A stretch of 64,000 bases of DNA from Mobula hypostoma (GCF_963921235.1 NC_086109.1:21206001-21270000); one strand, 5' to 3'. Shown: positions 10,711-24,650, numbered from the stretch's first letter. Notes: generated from the sequence alone by a model not told the origin. Translations and numbers: made by a program.

Positions 10711-12483
10711 AGTAATTGGTCTTTACATTATGATCACCTACTGTATCTCCTCCTGAGATTCAGATTCATTTATTTATCACATTTACATTGAAACATACAG
10801 TGAGATGCGTTTTTTGTGTCTCCTCCATTTGACTTTGATTTATTATAGTGTTTGTCTGATATCCCTTATTATACAAAAGCAGAGATTACCTCCAGTTTTA
10901 TATTGGGAAGATTAAGGCCTTTGGGACTCAAGTTCATTCTGAGCAGTTGTGATGTAGATTTAAATTAGAACCTCTGGGTGCCTGATGGTTTCTGCAGGTC
11001 TCTATGACTTAAGATAGAGATTACTTGACAAATCTGTTCAGTCCAGCAAATGACATAGTGGCTTTGTGCAGCCAGCAGTAACTACATAGTTAAATATCTA
11101 TTGGTCTTGGCAGGGGCCCACTTAAAGCCAGTCCTAAAGGACAAACACTTGGGTGTTTTTGATCTCATTTTGTCCTGGGAGACATTGAAGAAGGACAAAC
11201 TGTTTCCTGTTTTCAATAATTTTCTATGTGTTCAACAAGTGGGAAGCACTGGCTCTGTGGGTCTGTATACTGGAAGCTTTGGAGAAAAGTGTGAGTTTGG
11301 GACATGTGGTCTAATCAGAGGGGAACCAGACAAGTTCTCAGAAGGTGGGTGAAGTAGACAGCCATGGAGTTCTGTGCCAAAAGTGGAACCACAAAGACCT
11401 GGATTCAGTTCCACGAATCTACCGTCCTCAAGTGTGATCAAGGTTGGAGAAGCATCCCACAAATCCTTGTCACTGTCCACTTTGCCTCAGCATCACTGTG
11501 AACTTGCCAACAATGTTCAGTGGCTTGTCTCACTTTTAGCTACTTAGCACCACTACAGCCTCAAACGCATTTCTCCCAGTTACAGTTCTAACTAGACAAT
11601 CATTGCAGACCACTCCCTGGCATCCTTCCCTCATTCTTACCTGACAAGCTGGAGTACAGATGGAGGCCTCAGCATATATCTGGCAGGGGACAGAGGCAGC
11701 TGAATCTCTCCACAGTCTTGGTGGTTACAGAGTATATCATTATTGAAATAGACAGTGCATTGGCACTAGACAGCAGCAAGGTTGAAACAACGCATGTAAT
11801 GCACTTTCTCACATCCCACTGATCCCTCATCTTGTGATAAGGAATGACAGATGCTTTCTGTGCCTCCTCCCTGACCTTGTTCCTTGCACTACAAACCAAT
11901 CCTGACGCCTGCGACAAGCTGACCGAGCAGAGGAAGAAGAACAACCCGATGAAAGAGCAAGAAGGTAGTGATGGTGAAGGTATGCCATCCCTCAGTTTCA
12001 CATTAACAGCTGCCAACTGAGGATGTTGGCATTTAGTTTACAGATTAGAGACAGCATCTACAAGGGGTGTAATACTGGGCTACAGGCTGGGCAGGGGCAA
12101 GGGTAACACAAGTGCCAACTGAGAAGGCAATGTCATACATACAATTTCTCAGCTAAAGTACTCATTGGAGCAGGCTAGAGAAGATGGCGCATGGTTAAAT
12201 ACCAGGTACTTTGCAAGCCTATCAAAAACTTTGTGCTGTCAAGGAGACAGAGCATGGCCCCAACTTTGCACAGGGTTTAGTGCAGGACTCAGAGATTAAA
12301 TGGACATCTCCATTAGCACATTTGTGGAGCTAATGGTGATGCAGGATCTGACAGATATATCCTAATTTGCAATGGAAGCTGAGACATTCTCAATGCAATC
12401 ACAGCTTGCTCCCATTGTGACTACAGACACCGGTGTCTGAAGAGGCTTGCAGGGTTTCATCAAACTGACCTCCAAAGTAGATA

Positions 12484-12870
12484 CAATAGACAATAGACAA
12501 TAGGTGCAGGAGTAGGCCATTCGGCCCTTCGAGCCAGCACCGCCATTCACTGTGATCATGGCTGATCATCCACAATCAGTATCCAGTTCCTGCCTTATCC
12601 CCATAACCTTTGATTCCGCTATCTTTAAGAGCTCAATCCATCTCTTTCTTGAAAGCATCCAGAGACTTGGCCTCCACTGCCTTTTGGGGCAGAGCATTCC
12701 ACCTATCCACCACTCTCTGGGTGAAAAAGTTTTTCCTCAACTCCGTTCTAAGTGGCCTACCCCTTATTTTTAAACTGTGGCCTCTGGTTCTGGACTCACC
12801 CATCAGTGGGAACATGCTTCCTGCCTCCAGTGTGTCCAATCCATTAATAATCTTATATGTTCCAATCATA
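12484..12870 (-). mobile_element. CR1 3' end fragment
   Basis: TYKIINGLD..TRGHSLKI..LRKNFFTQRVV..WNALP and a (ctattgt)n tail. Confidence 0.85.
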
Positions 12871-15800
12871 TACCGAGGTAACTCTCTAAGGGAGCGGTGA
12901 TGGTACTGGGGAGCACAGAGCTCATTCTCTAGCCTCAGTGTGGTTGCGGCTGAATCTCTCCACATTCTTGGCGGTTCTGTTCCAGGCCGAGGGGGTATAG
13001 CGGGGCAAGGGAGGATGAAATGCAATCAATAGTCCCTAAACAAAGGCAGCCCGTGTCCTCTTCCCCGTCTGCATCAGAGGGACAATAAGCAGAGATGTTG
13101 CAAATATCCAGGGAGCCAACTTCAGTATTTTAAAGTACTTGGCCATTGTGATCAAGAGGGGGACAGGCAATATGGTCCTCAGCCTGCCCTATGCGCTAAA
13201 TGATCCGGCTAAGAAAGTCTTCCGTCTGGAAGACTCTGTGGCCAATCTAAGCTCGTGGCTTCTTGTGAGGTTCAATGTCAAATTTAGTTGATACACCTTG
13301 GCACATCCTACAATTAAAAACGTGATATAGACAAAAGATGTTGTTATACAGTTGGGAACAGTACAGAACCAAACTTATCTATGATAATGCACTGAGGAAC
13401 AGGTCCTTAGGTCCATGATGTCTGCACTGAACATGATGTTGAATTAAACAATATCTGTTTTACTGGTGGATAACCCATATGTGTCTCTCTCAGGGCTTTC
13501 CAATCGGGGGTTCATGGACCTCTCGGTTAATAGTAAGGATCCAGGGCTCTAGAAAGGTAGGGAACCCTGGTCTATCTAAAAGCATCCAAAATGCCCCTTT
13601 CATATCTGCTTCCACCAGTGCTTCTAGCAACCTGTTCTGGACACCCACCACTCTTTGTTAAAAGCACTTGCCCAACACATCTCCTTTAAACCTACCCCTG
13701 TCATATTGAGTGCATTTTATCCACCATGCTGGATTGGTACCAGTTAAATCAAGTTTAAAATCATGATAACATTGCCACAAGTTTTAAACAATCCAATGAA
13801 AAATACTTAGGGCATGTTATTGATATTTGTTGGTAGTTACCGATTAAGAATCCACAGTTACCAGTGCTGAAGGTGATATAGTTCTATCCTGTCGGAATAG
13901 ATGCGGAGAACAAGGTTACCACAGGAGAGGAGTAGAGAGGACTGGAAAGGTTTCTTATAAAAGCACTTATGAATTGTTAATGAAACTGCGCCTCCTCTGG
14001 CAGGAAGATTAATTACAATGCGGCCTGTTTACCAAGGAAGTTCTGCGTGTTGACGTAAGGATTTGTAATGGGAAAAACCCGTAGGAAAACCATATGGGTG
14101 TAATATTTTAAAGCATTTACCAAGGGGAAGATTAATGTCTCTTTGTGTAGCAACATTGTAAATGAATGTGCAAAGATTTCTTCCTACTGCTGGATAAATG
14201 CATGAAGTGCAACAATTTGCTGAGCTTTGGGACCACATTGGGTAGATCTTTCAGATGAAGGCAGTAGGGAGAACTGATTGTGAGATTGTGTCAGGGATCA
14301 GGTTCAGAATTAGAGTCTTTAAGCAGAACAGGGAAATGTAGAGCCGAAAACATGGAGAGGTTTAAGGGAGAGTTTCAGCATCAACAAAGAAAATTTATGA
14401 ATCAAGGTTTCCCAATTCCTCATTTTCTTAGTTAGGATGCAATATTAATCATTGTTAAGAACTCTCTTACTATCTCAAAATTCAGATAATTATTTGTCAT
14501 TCCTGTCTTGTTTTAGTGTTTCCCCTTTAATGTTGTTCAGTTTGAAACTGCGGAAAGTGAGATGCTTACATGCTTTATCCCCCTTATGACAGCAGGATGT
14601 TCTCCATTCCTGTATCACAGCTGAAGTTTCCACACTCTGAATTGCTGGCCTGACAGTAACAGTTGCAGTTTGACCAAGATGGGCTAAGTCAGTGGCAAGA
14701 ATTAGCTGAGGGGCATTGCAGCTCATACTAAGACTTTGACCCCTCACTCTCCAAATATCTTCTTCCTGAAAGTCGCTCCATTCATGATCCAGGACCTCTA
14801 TGGACAACTGGGTCATCAGACTCTCTTTTCAACCAGTAAGATTTAAGAATAAAGATTAAACAAAGATGGTAGATAAGGAAGCAGAATGAACAAGAACTAA
14901 ATTGGGTACCGTAAGAGAAATAGAGAGAGCAAGAATGCTCGGAATTACAGAGTGAGAAAAAGACAGGAAAAGCAAGTCAAAGATTTTTAATCTCTAGAAA
15001 TAATTTACTATTTGTTAGAATGAGATAACAAGTTCCTTTGTGGTCAATTAAAGAAGCATTGGTCTTGTCATTAAGAGTGTCTTTAGGCTGTAATGTAGTT
15101 CAACCTAATACCCTGTGGTAATTTTTTCCTCTTTGGCATTGGAAGCAATCTGATTTCTGAGTTCTGAAGTGGCTAATGTGGCCAATTTGGGAAGAAAAGA
15201 TTCTTCCGCCAATGGGTCAGGCGGTGCTCGATAGAATGGGCGGGTGGGTGGGTTGAGAGGCAGTGTGCTCCCTCCTGCTTGCACAGAGCCCCCCCTTGTT
15301 CCTGATCCACAGGCTCAAGGTTCTCAATGCCACCCTGAATACTTCTCCGCTTTGAGTAGTTGTGAGGCAGAGGTACCAGGAGTCAGTGGCAGCACTGCAT
15401 TTCTCCAAGGAAGCTTTGATGACATTATTCCATCTTTTCTTCATTCCATCAGTTATTCTCCTCCAGTGAAACTCAGAATGGAGTGTCTGTTTTAGAATAT
15501 CGACCCTACTGAACTTAAAGGACTTAGTACTGACAATAATGGTGTTATTTTTCTAGTGCCTTGAAGGGCCTGCTATAGAGTTTGATTTTAATACATAAAT
15601 ACATCAATTTCACAAAACACGTGGAGAGATTAAGGTGAAAGCAGTGACCTATGGCAATTTCTAACTTGCACCATGTCTCCAAAGAGTTTGAAATGCTCTT
15701 TTACTGACTGCTCAAAAACACGAGCTTTTAGAGACTGACAATTATCCAAAGATTGGATTGATTTTGCTTCCTGGAATCTCGCCCTAGGGTTACATCCTTG

Positions 15801-16329
15801 AAAGAAAAAGAACATCCAATTTTTTTTTCAAGATCTCAAGTGTTGCTGGAAGGCCACAACACTCACATGAAAGCTAACTTTCAGTGCCTGCGACAAGATC
15901 CATTCATGTTCTCATCAAGAGCCAACAGCAGTCCAGATGTTCAACAGAACAAGTCATTGGCTTATGATTCAAGTAATCAATAGCTCATCTCCCTCCCTAC
16001 AGATCTGCTCGAGCGTGGAACTAGAAAGAACTGATCTAAAGGTAAAATAACTGTTGTACACACTTGGCCAGAAATAGACAGGAATAACTGATTAGATTAA
16101 AGCTCTATAATTTAAAAAAAAAATTGATTCAGGAGGGAAGCAACCCAAATTAAGACACAGATTAATGGCTTCCACTGCTCTTTGTGGTTTCATTTCCCCT
16201 GAAATAAAGGAAGAGTTTGATTTTATGTCATGCTGTTCACACCCTTCAGATGACTTAAAGATGATACAAGTTCTACAGAGACCATTTGTTTTCTCAATTG
16301 CTTGTACTTGACTGTTAATTTTAATGATA

Positions 16330-16935
16330 TATTTAAGTCTGCTGATGACACCACTGTTGTAGGCCAAATCAAAGGTGGTGACGAATCAGCACGTAGGAGG
16401 GAGATTGAAAATCTGGCTGAGTAGTGCCATAACAACCTCTTGGTCAGCAAGACCAGATAGCTGATTATTGATTGGTTGTGTTGAATTGTTCTTCGATCTT
16501 GGCAATTTACTTGTAAACATTTCGTCACCATACGAGGGAACATCATCACTTTGAACTTTGAATTTTGATCTCAAAGTGAAATTCAAAGGAAATTTATTAT
16601 CAAAGTATAAATATGTCACATATACAACCCTGAGATTTATTTTCTTGTGGACAGTAATACCAAGAAACAAAGAGAAATTAAGCGATAAATATGGAAAAAA
16701 ATGGGACAAAGAGTCCATGAAAGTGAGTCCATAGGTTGTGGTAACTGTTCAGTTTTGGGGTGAGTCAAGTTATTCTCTCTGGTTCAAGAGCCTGTTGGTT
16801 GAGGGGTAATAACAGCTCTTGAACCTGGAGGGATGGATCTTGAGGCTCCTGTACCTTCTTTCTGATGCAGCAGCGAGAAGAGAGCATGGCCTGGATGGGG
16901 GGTTTCCTTGATGATGGATGCTGCTTTCTTGCGAT
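16330..16935. mobile_element. Cluster: Rex1/Babar-like RT fragment (+, ~16330-16470), PLE pLTR scrap (~16480-16549) and Rex1-like 3' end (-, ~16550-16935)
   Basis: ADDTTVVG.IKGGDESA..REIE; RKKAASIIKE.PHPGHALFSLL; hammerhead remnant TGATGA..GAAATGTT on minus at 16512-16549. Confidence 0.6.
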
Positions 16936-17343
16936 AGTGCTGTGTGTTAAATCTTTTGTGTGGCACCTTATCAAAGGCCAACCGACAGTCAAAATTCATC
17001 ATGTCTACTGGTTCCACCTTACATATTTAGCCAGTTACAATCTTCAAAAACTCTAAAAGTTTTGTTAAACATGATTTCCCTCATAAATTCACTTCACTCA
17101 GCCAAATCCCATAAATGACTTCTCTTTTCTGTTATCTTTTCCTTATAAAGAGACTACTGTCAGTCTAACTGGTCTGTTATTTCCTCCTTTCACTCTCCCT
17201 TGATTCTTAAATAGTTTTACATTTGCTCCCTTCCAATCTCTGGGAGCAGTTGTAGAACTTATATTCAGAGCAAATACATCCACTATTTCCAAAGGTACTT
17301 CTAACAATCTTGTTTGCCTTTTTTGCCTTCGTACTATTGCTGG

Positions 17344-17738
17344 GTGGGTGTCAGGGTGGAGATATGGCTCTACCAAAGGAGGCGTACAGTGCTGCTTCTC
17401 TCCGCCAGCCTGCAGGTCACCCTCGGGTAAGGTGTAGCACCTGCTTAGCACCTCCCCCCCACCCCCCTCCGATCAGAGTCACGTGAAGCCATGGGAGCAG
17501 GTGGTGGATGGTCGTATGAGCCGCTGGTCACAAGTCCTAGTTATGTAACCATTGACATCAGGCGAAGAACCTCTGAACAGTATTGATAATGGCTGGGGTC
17601 ACCTATCTTGTCAAGTCACTGCTCAGAAGAAGGCAATGGCAAACCACTTCCGTAGAAAAATTTGGCAAGAACAATCATGGTCATGGAAAGACTATGATCG
17701 TCCACATCAATTCGACACGGCACACAACAAATGAATGA
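17344..17738 (+). mobile_element. RTE/BovB-tail SINE-like element
   Basis: Contains gaagaaggcaatggcaaaccacttc (BovB/Bov-A/Sauria-SINE-type tail motif); (atga)n end; perfect 11-bp TSD actattgctgg (17333-17343, 17739-17749). Confidence 0.75.
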
Positions 17739-17851
17739 ACTATTGCTGGAAATTTATTGCCTTTCTGTCCCTTCTGGGATTGACTTATTCCTAACAATGA
17801 GGTTCTTGACAAGGTTGGCTTCTGATCTATGCAGAATACATTGGATGTAAT

Positions 17852-19834
17852 TGAAGCACCTTCAATTACTCCAAAAGACTGAGGTTTGGTAAAATACTGA
17901 AAGGCTTTTATTCGCTGTACAATACGACCTCCACAGTGAGTGTCTGCCCCCGGACTGAGGGGGAGGGGCAAGGCGAACACCTTTATACAGGACTCTGTGG
18001 GAGGAGCCACAGGGGCAGTCAGCAGAGGGGTGTGTCCAGACAGGTAACCGAGTTACAACACATATACATGGTTTACCACATTCACCCCTCCTTTTTTAAA
18101 AAGAGTCCCGCGGGGTGAAGTGACTGACAATATTTACAAGAAGTATATTTACAGGTTAAGTCTATCAGGCAGTCGAGTCTGTCGCTGTGATCTACGTAGC
18201 ACCGGCAATGGCGGTTGTGCTGGCTCCGGCCTGACTTCAGGTGCCAGCACGTTAGGCGTCGGTAATCCCTCGTGCGTGTGCGTCGCGCCCGGTATGGGAG
18301 TGTCGTGTGGTGTCTGTATAGGGTTTGGGGTGCACGGTGTCTCGTAGGTACATAAATTGGTAGGTACGGGCTCAATAGTCACCACGGAGTGTTCAGGGTA
18401 GGGGCCCGGAGCTCCTGTGGGCGCCAGGTCGCGGATGGAGACCGTGTCCTCCCACCCATCAGGTAAAACCACGTAGGCATACTGGGGGTTCGCATGAAGT
18501 AAGTGAACCCTCTCGACTATCGGGGAGTATTTATTGCTCCTCGCATGTTTCCGGAGCAGCACTGGCCCCGGGGACGTCAGCTAAGATGGTAGGGTGGTTC
18601 CAGTGGTCGATTTTCTGGGAAAAGAAAAGAGCCGCTCATGAGGGGTGGCATTGGTGGCTGTGCATAACAGGGAGCGGATGGAGTGGAGTGCCTCGGGAAG
18701 GACCTCCTGCCAGCGGGAGACCGGCAGTCCCTTTGACCTGAGGGCTAAGAGTGTGGCTTTCCACACTGTGCCATTCTCCTTCTCTACCTGTCCATTCCCC
18801 CGGGGATTATAGCTCGTGGTCCTACTGGTTGCAATTCCTCTAGCCAGTAGATATTGGGGCAGCTCGTCACTCATAAACGAGGACCCTCTGTCACTGTGGA
18901 TATAGCACGGGTATCCGAACAGAGTGAAGAGCTTGCGCAGGGCTTTTATAACTGACGTGGTAGTGGTGTTGGGGCAGGGGATGGCGAAGGGGAACCGCGA
19001 GTACTCATCAATTACGTTAAGAAAGTACACATTGCGGTCGGTGGAGGGAAGGGGGCCCTTAAAGTCAACACTCAGTCACTCAAAGGGGTGGGTGGCCTTG
19101 ATGAGTGGTGCCTTTCCGGGTCGGTAGAAGTGCGGTTTGCACTCTGCGCAGACTTGGCAGTCCCTTGTCATCGTCCTGATCTCCTCAAGGGAGTAAGGCA
19201 GGTTCCGGGCTTTCACGAAGTGGAAAAGCCGGGTGATTCCCGGGTGGCAAAGGTCTACATGTAGGGCGTATAGCCGGTCGATCTGCGCGCTGGTGCATGT
19301 TCCCCGGGATAGGGCATCGGAGGGCTCGTTGAGCTTCCCAGGCCTGTACATGATGTCATAGTTGTAGGTGGAGAGTTCGATTCTCCACCTCAGAATTTTA
19401 TCATTTTTGATTTTGCTCTGCTGCTGATTATTAAACATGAATGCGACAAAGCGCTGGTCAGTTAGCAGGGTGAACCTTTTGCCGGCAAGATAGTGCCTCC
19501 AGTGCCTTATAGCTTCCACTATGGCCTGGGCCTCTTTCTCTACCGCAGAGTGCCGAATTTCAGGGCCTTGAAGGGTACGGGAGAAGAACGCCACTGGTCT
19601 TCCTGCCTGGTTGAGGGTAGCAGCCAGCGCAAAGTCGGAGGCGTCACTCTCTACAATACGACAACACTCTGTACAATACGACCTCCACAGTGAGTGTCTG
19701 CCCTCGGACTGAGGGGGAGGGGCAAGGTGAACACCTTTATACAGGACTCTGTGGGAGGAGCCACAGGGACAGTCAGCAGAGGGCTGTGTCCAGACAGGTA
19801 ACCGAGTTACAACATAGATACATGGTTTACCACA
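17852..19834 (-). mobile_element. Internally deleted Ty3/Gypsy LTR retrotransposon
   Basis: Direct LTRs 17852-18080 (complete, with AATAAA) and ~19670-19834 (truncated); PPT aaaaaaggaggggtgaa next to the 3' LTR; 5-bp flanks gtaat/gtact. Confidence 0.92.
18149..19650 (-). pseudogene. Gypsy pol fragment: RNase H + integrase
   Basis: One frame with two in-frame stops (~19076, ~18581): DASDFALAA..AFFSRTL..EAQAIV..LLTDQ, HHCC zinc finger (H..CHPG..CQVC), DDE core (VDFKGP, HSDRG, NGQVE). Confidence 0.92.
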
Positions 19835-21420
19835 GTACTCAACACTGTTTTCTCCATCTCCGGATTTGTTGGCTGTGGTATGCCTCAGACTGGTCTGCTA
19901 AGACTGTTCTATGGAAAATGCAGAGAAAGGCCAAATATCTGACACAATGACAAGGCCAAGGGAGGTGTGAGAAACACAGTACTTCCCACTATAACTGCCT
20001 GCCTACAGCCACACATACAGAGGTCATGACATAGACGAGCCAGCAGAGATCCCAGTCAAACCAGATTGCAGCGTCTATCTGATCAGTGGACACAGCCATT
20101 TTGAGATGCTTTCTCGCACATGCATTGAATTCTTCCATGATATGATTTCCAAGAGCCATTAATTCACTTAAAAACAGAAAGCACTGTGTATGCTCACTGG
20201 GTTGGGCAACTTCCGTGGGGTGGGGCTCAAGGTTCATGTTCCAGCTTTATAGTTCCTTCCTCAGAACCGGAAAACGTGAGAGATAAAAATGGTTTAAAAT
20301 TTCAGAGAAAGGAGGAGCAGAGGGAACAAAATGGGAAGTATGAAAGAAGTTGGAGAGCAGGAATGACAAATAGGGTGACAGCTGAAAGAGATTTCTAAAG
20401 GCAGGTGAAGACAAGATAGAAATATCTGGGGAGGTGCAAATAGGAGGCAAATTTAATCTGAAGTGACTGATTGACTGAGTTTGATATCTCCATTCAACTG
20501 GCAAGTTTCTCAGAGGTGTCTTTGAACTCAGAGTTCTGTTTCTCTTTCCAAGGAAAAGTTTTATTTTCAAATGCAGTCCAGCACAAATTCACCATATTGC
20601 ATAGATATAAAGGGGTTAATTATCAGGGGGAAAAAAAAGTGCATTGAACATTAATTTTACTTCCTTGAGTTTGGAAGGCTGTGCGCTAAGCTAGCAGAAC
20701 TGTAAAGACTTAGATGAAACTTCCAATAAATGCATAAAAAATGAAGCATCATTCATCGTGTCATCATTTAATTAGGTCACAGCTGAGCTTTTACCTCTGT
20801 GTCATTTTCCTGCACTAACCCTTCTATTCCATTAATATCCAAAAACCCATCAGCCTCATTTCGAGTATCTACAGCAGTTGAGCCTGCACTGGTCTCTTGG
20901 GCAAAGAGTTTCACAGATTCACTATCCCCTGAGTTCTCACCGGTGGGACTGTCTTGAACAAGGGAATGTAACTACAAGGTAAGGAGCCAGTCATTTAGAA
21001 CTGAGGTAAGCAGAAACTTTTCAGGCAGAGGGTTGTAAATCTCTGGAACTCTTGAAGGCATCTTCAAGAGAGGGTGCTTCAATAGGGCGGCAGCCATCAT
21101 TAAGAGCCCTCACTATCTGCACACGCTGTCTTCTCATTACTACCATCAGGGGGGAGGTACAGGAGCCTGAATGTGCACTTTAAATGATTCAGGAATAGCT
21201 TCCTTCCCTCTGATTTCAGAATGGTCCATGAATCCATGTCTTCACCTTTTTTTTACCCTATTTATTTGTTTAGTAATATATAATGACTTTATGTCTCTGC
21301 ATTATACTGCTCTACAAAACAACAAATTTCACATCACAGTTGAATGGCGGAGCAGAGTCGATGGGCTGAATGCCAATTCTCCTCTTATCTCTTATGGTCT
21401 TATATAAGACTGATAATGAA

Positions 21421-21622
21421 AGGAAACACACTCAAAATGCTGGAGGAACTCAGTAGGTCAGGCAGCATCGAAGGAAATGAACGAACAGTCCTGAAGAAGG
21501 GTCTCAGCCTGAAATGTCGACTGTACTCTTTTCCATAGAATGCTGCCTGGCCTGCTCAGTTCTTCCAGCATTTTATGTGTGTTGATTTGGATTTCCAGCA
21601 TATTCAGACTTTCTCTTGTTGG
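21421..21622 (+). mobile_element. Fold-back PLE-derived mini-element with one hammerhead
   Basis: Inverted arms plus tail; 10-bp direct repeat tgataatgaa (21411-21420, 21623-21632). Confidence 0.75.
21485..21524 (+). ncRNA. Minimal hammerhead ribozyme motif with perfect 6-bp stem I
   Basis: acagtc-CTGAAGA-agg-gtctcag-cct-GAAA-T-GTC-gactgt. Confidence 0.7.
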
Positions 21623-23714
21623 TGATAATGAACCTGATCCCGATATTTGATAGATTGTGGAACAAAGAGGTGTGGAGAAATGGCACAAAAGGGGAGTTGA
21701 GGACAGCATCACTCAGCCACAACAATATTAAACGGTAGGGTGGCCTTGAGGGACTTGAAGGCCCATTGCTTCTCCCAGCTTACTGGTGTGTTCTTGTGAA
21801 GAATTATCATTTCAATGCCGAATAGCCAACCCTACTTCTGGTGGGGGTTTGCAGCGCAAGGAGGCACAATCTTAAAATGAGAGGCAGGTCAATTCAGGAG
21901 TTCATTTTCACACAAAGGAGAATGGAAATATGGACTTCAGTCCTCAAAAAACTGCAGTTGCTGCAGATCAGTAAGAGCTTTCAAGACTGTGATCGATAGA
22001 TCTTTGTTGAGTAAAGGCATCATGGGATTTCAAGCTAAGGCAGGTAAATGGAGTTCAGATTCAGGTCAGCTATGATCTAATGGAATAGACACAAGACTCG
22101 AGGGACTGAATGGCCATATGCAGTTCAGTATAAACAATAAAACTAAGAAATTGTAACCCACCTTATAAATTATTGCAAAAGCTAAAAGAAAAATACATGG
22201 TTAAGTAACAATAAAGCTAATATATTGATACATTAGACCATAGAACAGTGTAAAAAGGAGCAGCATTTTCATTTAGCTGCTTATTCCAGCTCTGCCCATA
22301 ACCTTTGCTGTTCAGTTTAAGTTGTTTTGTTTGTTTGAAGCTTTAGTCAGTTTGCAGAAGGACTGGTATTGAAGGAGCACATTGCCAAGGTTAGCCAGAT
22401 AAAGGTTTATTAAAATTCATGCCGTTTGATTTATATTTTAAGATGCATAATACATTGTAATATTCTTTTGCGTCATTATTTCCAACATAATTCCGCTCCT
22501 CTGATCCAATGTTGTTTTAGCAAACTATTATATTTCACAGTTCCATTTTCCTAGAGGGCCCAGCTAATGGCTTCAAGACCCTTTGCTCCGATTCAGACTG
22601 TTCTAGCCCAGTACTAACCTTTGCAAGAATGACGTGGAATTAAAGAGGCAGGGTCTCAATAAACAAGGGAAGACTTAATCAGACGATGGGGAGAGGCTGA
22701 ACCAAGAGCCCCAATTAATGTCTCTTCAGCAATACTATGGGTTAAATAATTGCATATTTTTTATTCTATTGCCTTATGTAATATTTCATTCTGCTTTGAG
22801 TTGCTGAGCTCTTTTGAGGAGTAGTTATTTGTTGTGTAGGGAAAGCAACAGTTAATGTCTGCATAGCCAGGGTTCACCAATAGCAGTGAAAAAGGAATCT
22901 GGGTATAGTTCCGCTGTGGCTAAAATACTGGAAGATTATAACAGTGATCACAGAGCATTCATCGCAAGGCAGGGATTTAAATCCCACTGTGGCAGCTAGG
23001 GAATTTAATGAATCTGCCAGTGCTTGGGATGGCTACTATGAAACCACTTGGTTCACCAATATCCTCCAGGTATCATTGCATCTAAGACATCAGCTGTTTC
23101 CCTTTCCACAGATGCTGCCTGACCTGTTGTGTGTTGCCAGGATTTGCAGGTTTTATTGCTGGCTGGAGTGGCTGGTTCTGATTGGAATCGACATTGCTCA
23201 GTTATTTAAGTTCTAGCAAGCCTTACCCTTGCATGCTTATGCTGTTGAATTTGCACATGGCTGGCGTAATATCAGGGAATCATCTCCCAGATTCTAAGGC
23301 AGGATCAGCTTTGACATAGAGTCAGCGTCACCACTAATTCAATGGGCATTCCAAGATTAGAAATCCGGAATCAAGGAGAGTGGTAAACAACTTTTAAAAG
23401 AAAATAGTATAACAATTTTAATTAAATGGAATTTAAATTTTAATTACATTAATAAAATGATTTGATTCAATATTAATATATTTTTTAAATATCTCTGATA
23501 CTTGGAGGCATTAAAAACACCTTAAGATCTTTGACAGATTTGACTCTCTCCCTTTCTGTCAAAGTAGTCTCCTGGGGAATGAAATCAGTGTCCTGACCTT
23601 ACTATCCTGCCTCAGAAGGATGGAGGGTTCTGTAACTGGCCCGGGAGTAAATGGGGGAGTGTGGGGTCTGAGGCAGTGAATGTGGTTATAATCCCACTCA
23701 TTGAAATCTCAGAT

Positions 23715-23930
23715 ATTATCAGTGGAAGTTAAATAGCACAGACTTGTACCAAACTGTATTGGTGTCTGCTGCTCCTTTGGATTCATCAGATGTGTGGAGA
23801 AAGAAAGCTTGCTACATGGGCAACAGCTTGTCCTCCATCTCGTACTGCCCAGGCTTGCATATCTAGACAACTCGGAAGCAACATCATGGTCGACCCTGAC
23901 TGACGGAGGCCTCACTCACTCACTCACTCA
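23715..23930 (+). mobile_element. 5'-truncated copy of the 38662-39228 element family
   Basis: Shares the 3' region with ~39070-39228; (cact)n tail. Confidence 0.6.
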
Positions 23931-24093
23931 ACGTTTGCCTTCCTAATTACTTATCACACCTGCATGTTAGCTTTAAGTGACTTGTGCATAAGGGCACTCA
24001 GGTACCTTTGAACATCAACATTTCCCAATCTTTCACCACTAAGACAAAAACTGCTGTTTTGTGAACCAATGTCAGGCATTTTAATGATGTTGT

Positions 24094-24650
24094 TACAGTA
24101 CTGGGCAAAGGTCTCTTGTTACAGGCTTAGGCATATATATACTGTATATAGCTAGGGTGCTTAAGACCTGTGAAAATTTTATGTATTGCTCTGTGCTACT
24201 GCTACAAAAAAAACCTTAATTTCATGACATATGTGAGTGATGATAAACCTGATTCTAATATGGGTTTCTATTGTGGACTGAGAGTGGAAAGGGGGCAGGG
24301 AGAGGGTAATCATGATTGGGAAAAGTGGAAGGGAGAAGGGAGGGAGTGTGAAGCACCAGAGAGACATCTGTAATTATCAATAAACCAATTGTCTGGAATC
24401 AAATGACCTAGCCTGGTGTCTCAGGACCTGATGTGTCTGCACCCACGCCACCCCCCTGCTCCTGGCACTCCTTCTCCGCCACCTATGCCACACTCCTCCC
24501 GTAGTTCTCCACCCTCGCCATCCCCAACATCCTTTGCCCCTGCCAGATTTACAAACTTGCTCTCTGCTCCATGTTGACAAATACAGTACTCTGCAAAAGT
24601 GTTAGGCACCCTAGGTATGTGCATGTGCCTAAGACTCTTGCCCAGTACGT
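24094..24650. mobile_element. Tc1-like MITE with compound ends
   Basis: ta-cagtactg(g/t)gcaaa..ttaggca termini; 24582-24650 is itself a ~68-bp hairpin, with an inverted partial copy at 24094-24170. Confidence 0.55.

Noticed and set aside
11480..13300. Possible ancient Harbinger-type transposon remnant
   Set aside because: Impression only; no TIR, TSD or translatable motif could be shown.
14490..14816. Minus-strand ORF with a gtaagc donor-like site
   Set aside because: No recognisable homology or supported gene structure.
15660..15815. Possible minus-strand exon with a good polypyrimidine acceptor
   Set aside because: Donor is weak, the peptide is unrecognised and no consistent neighbouring exons were found. 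RNA-seq would be needed.
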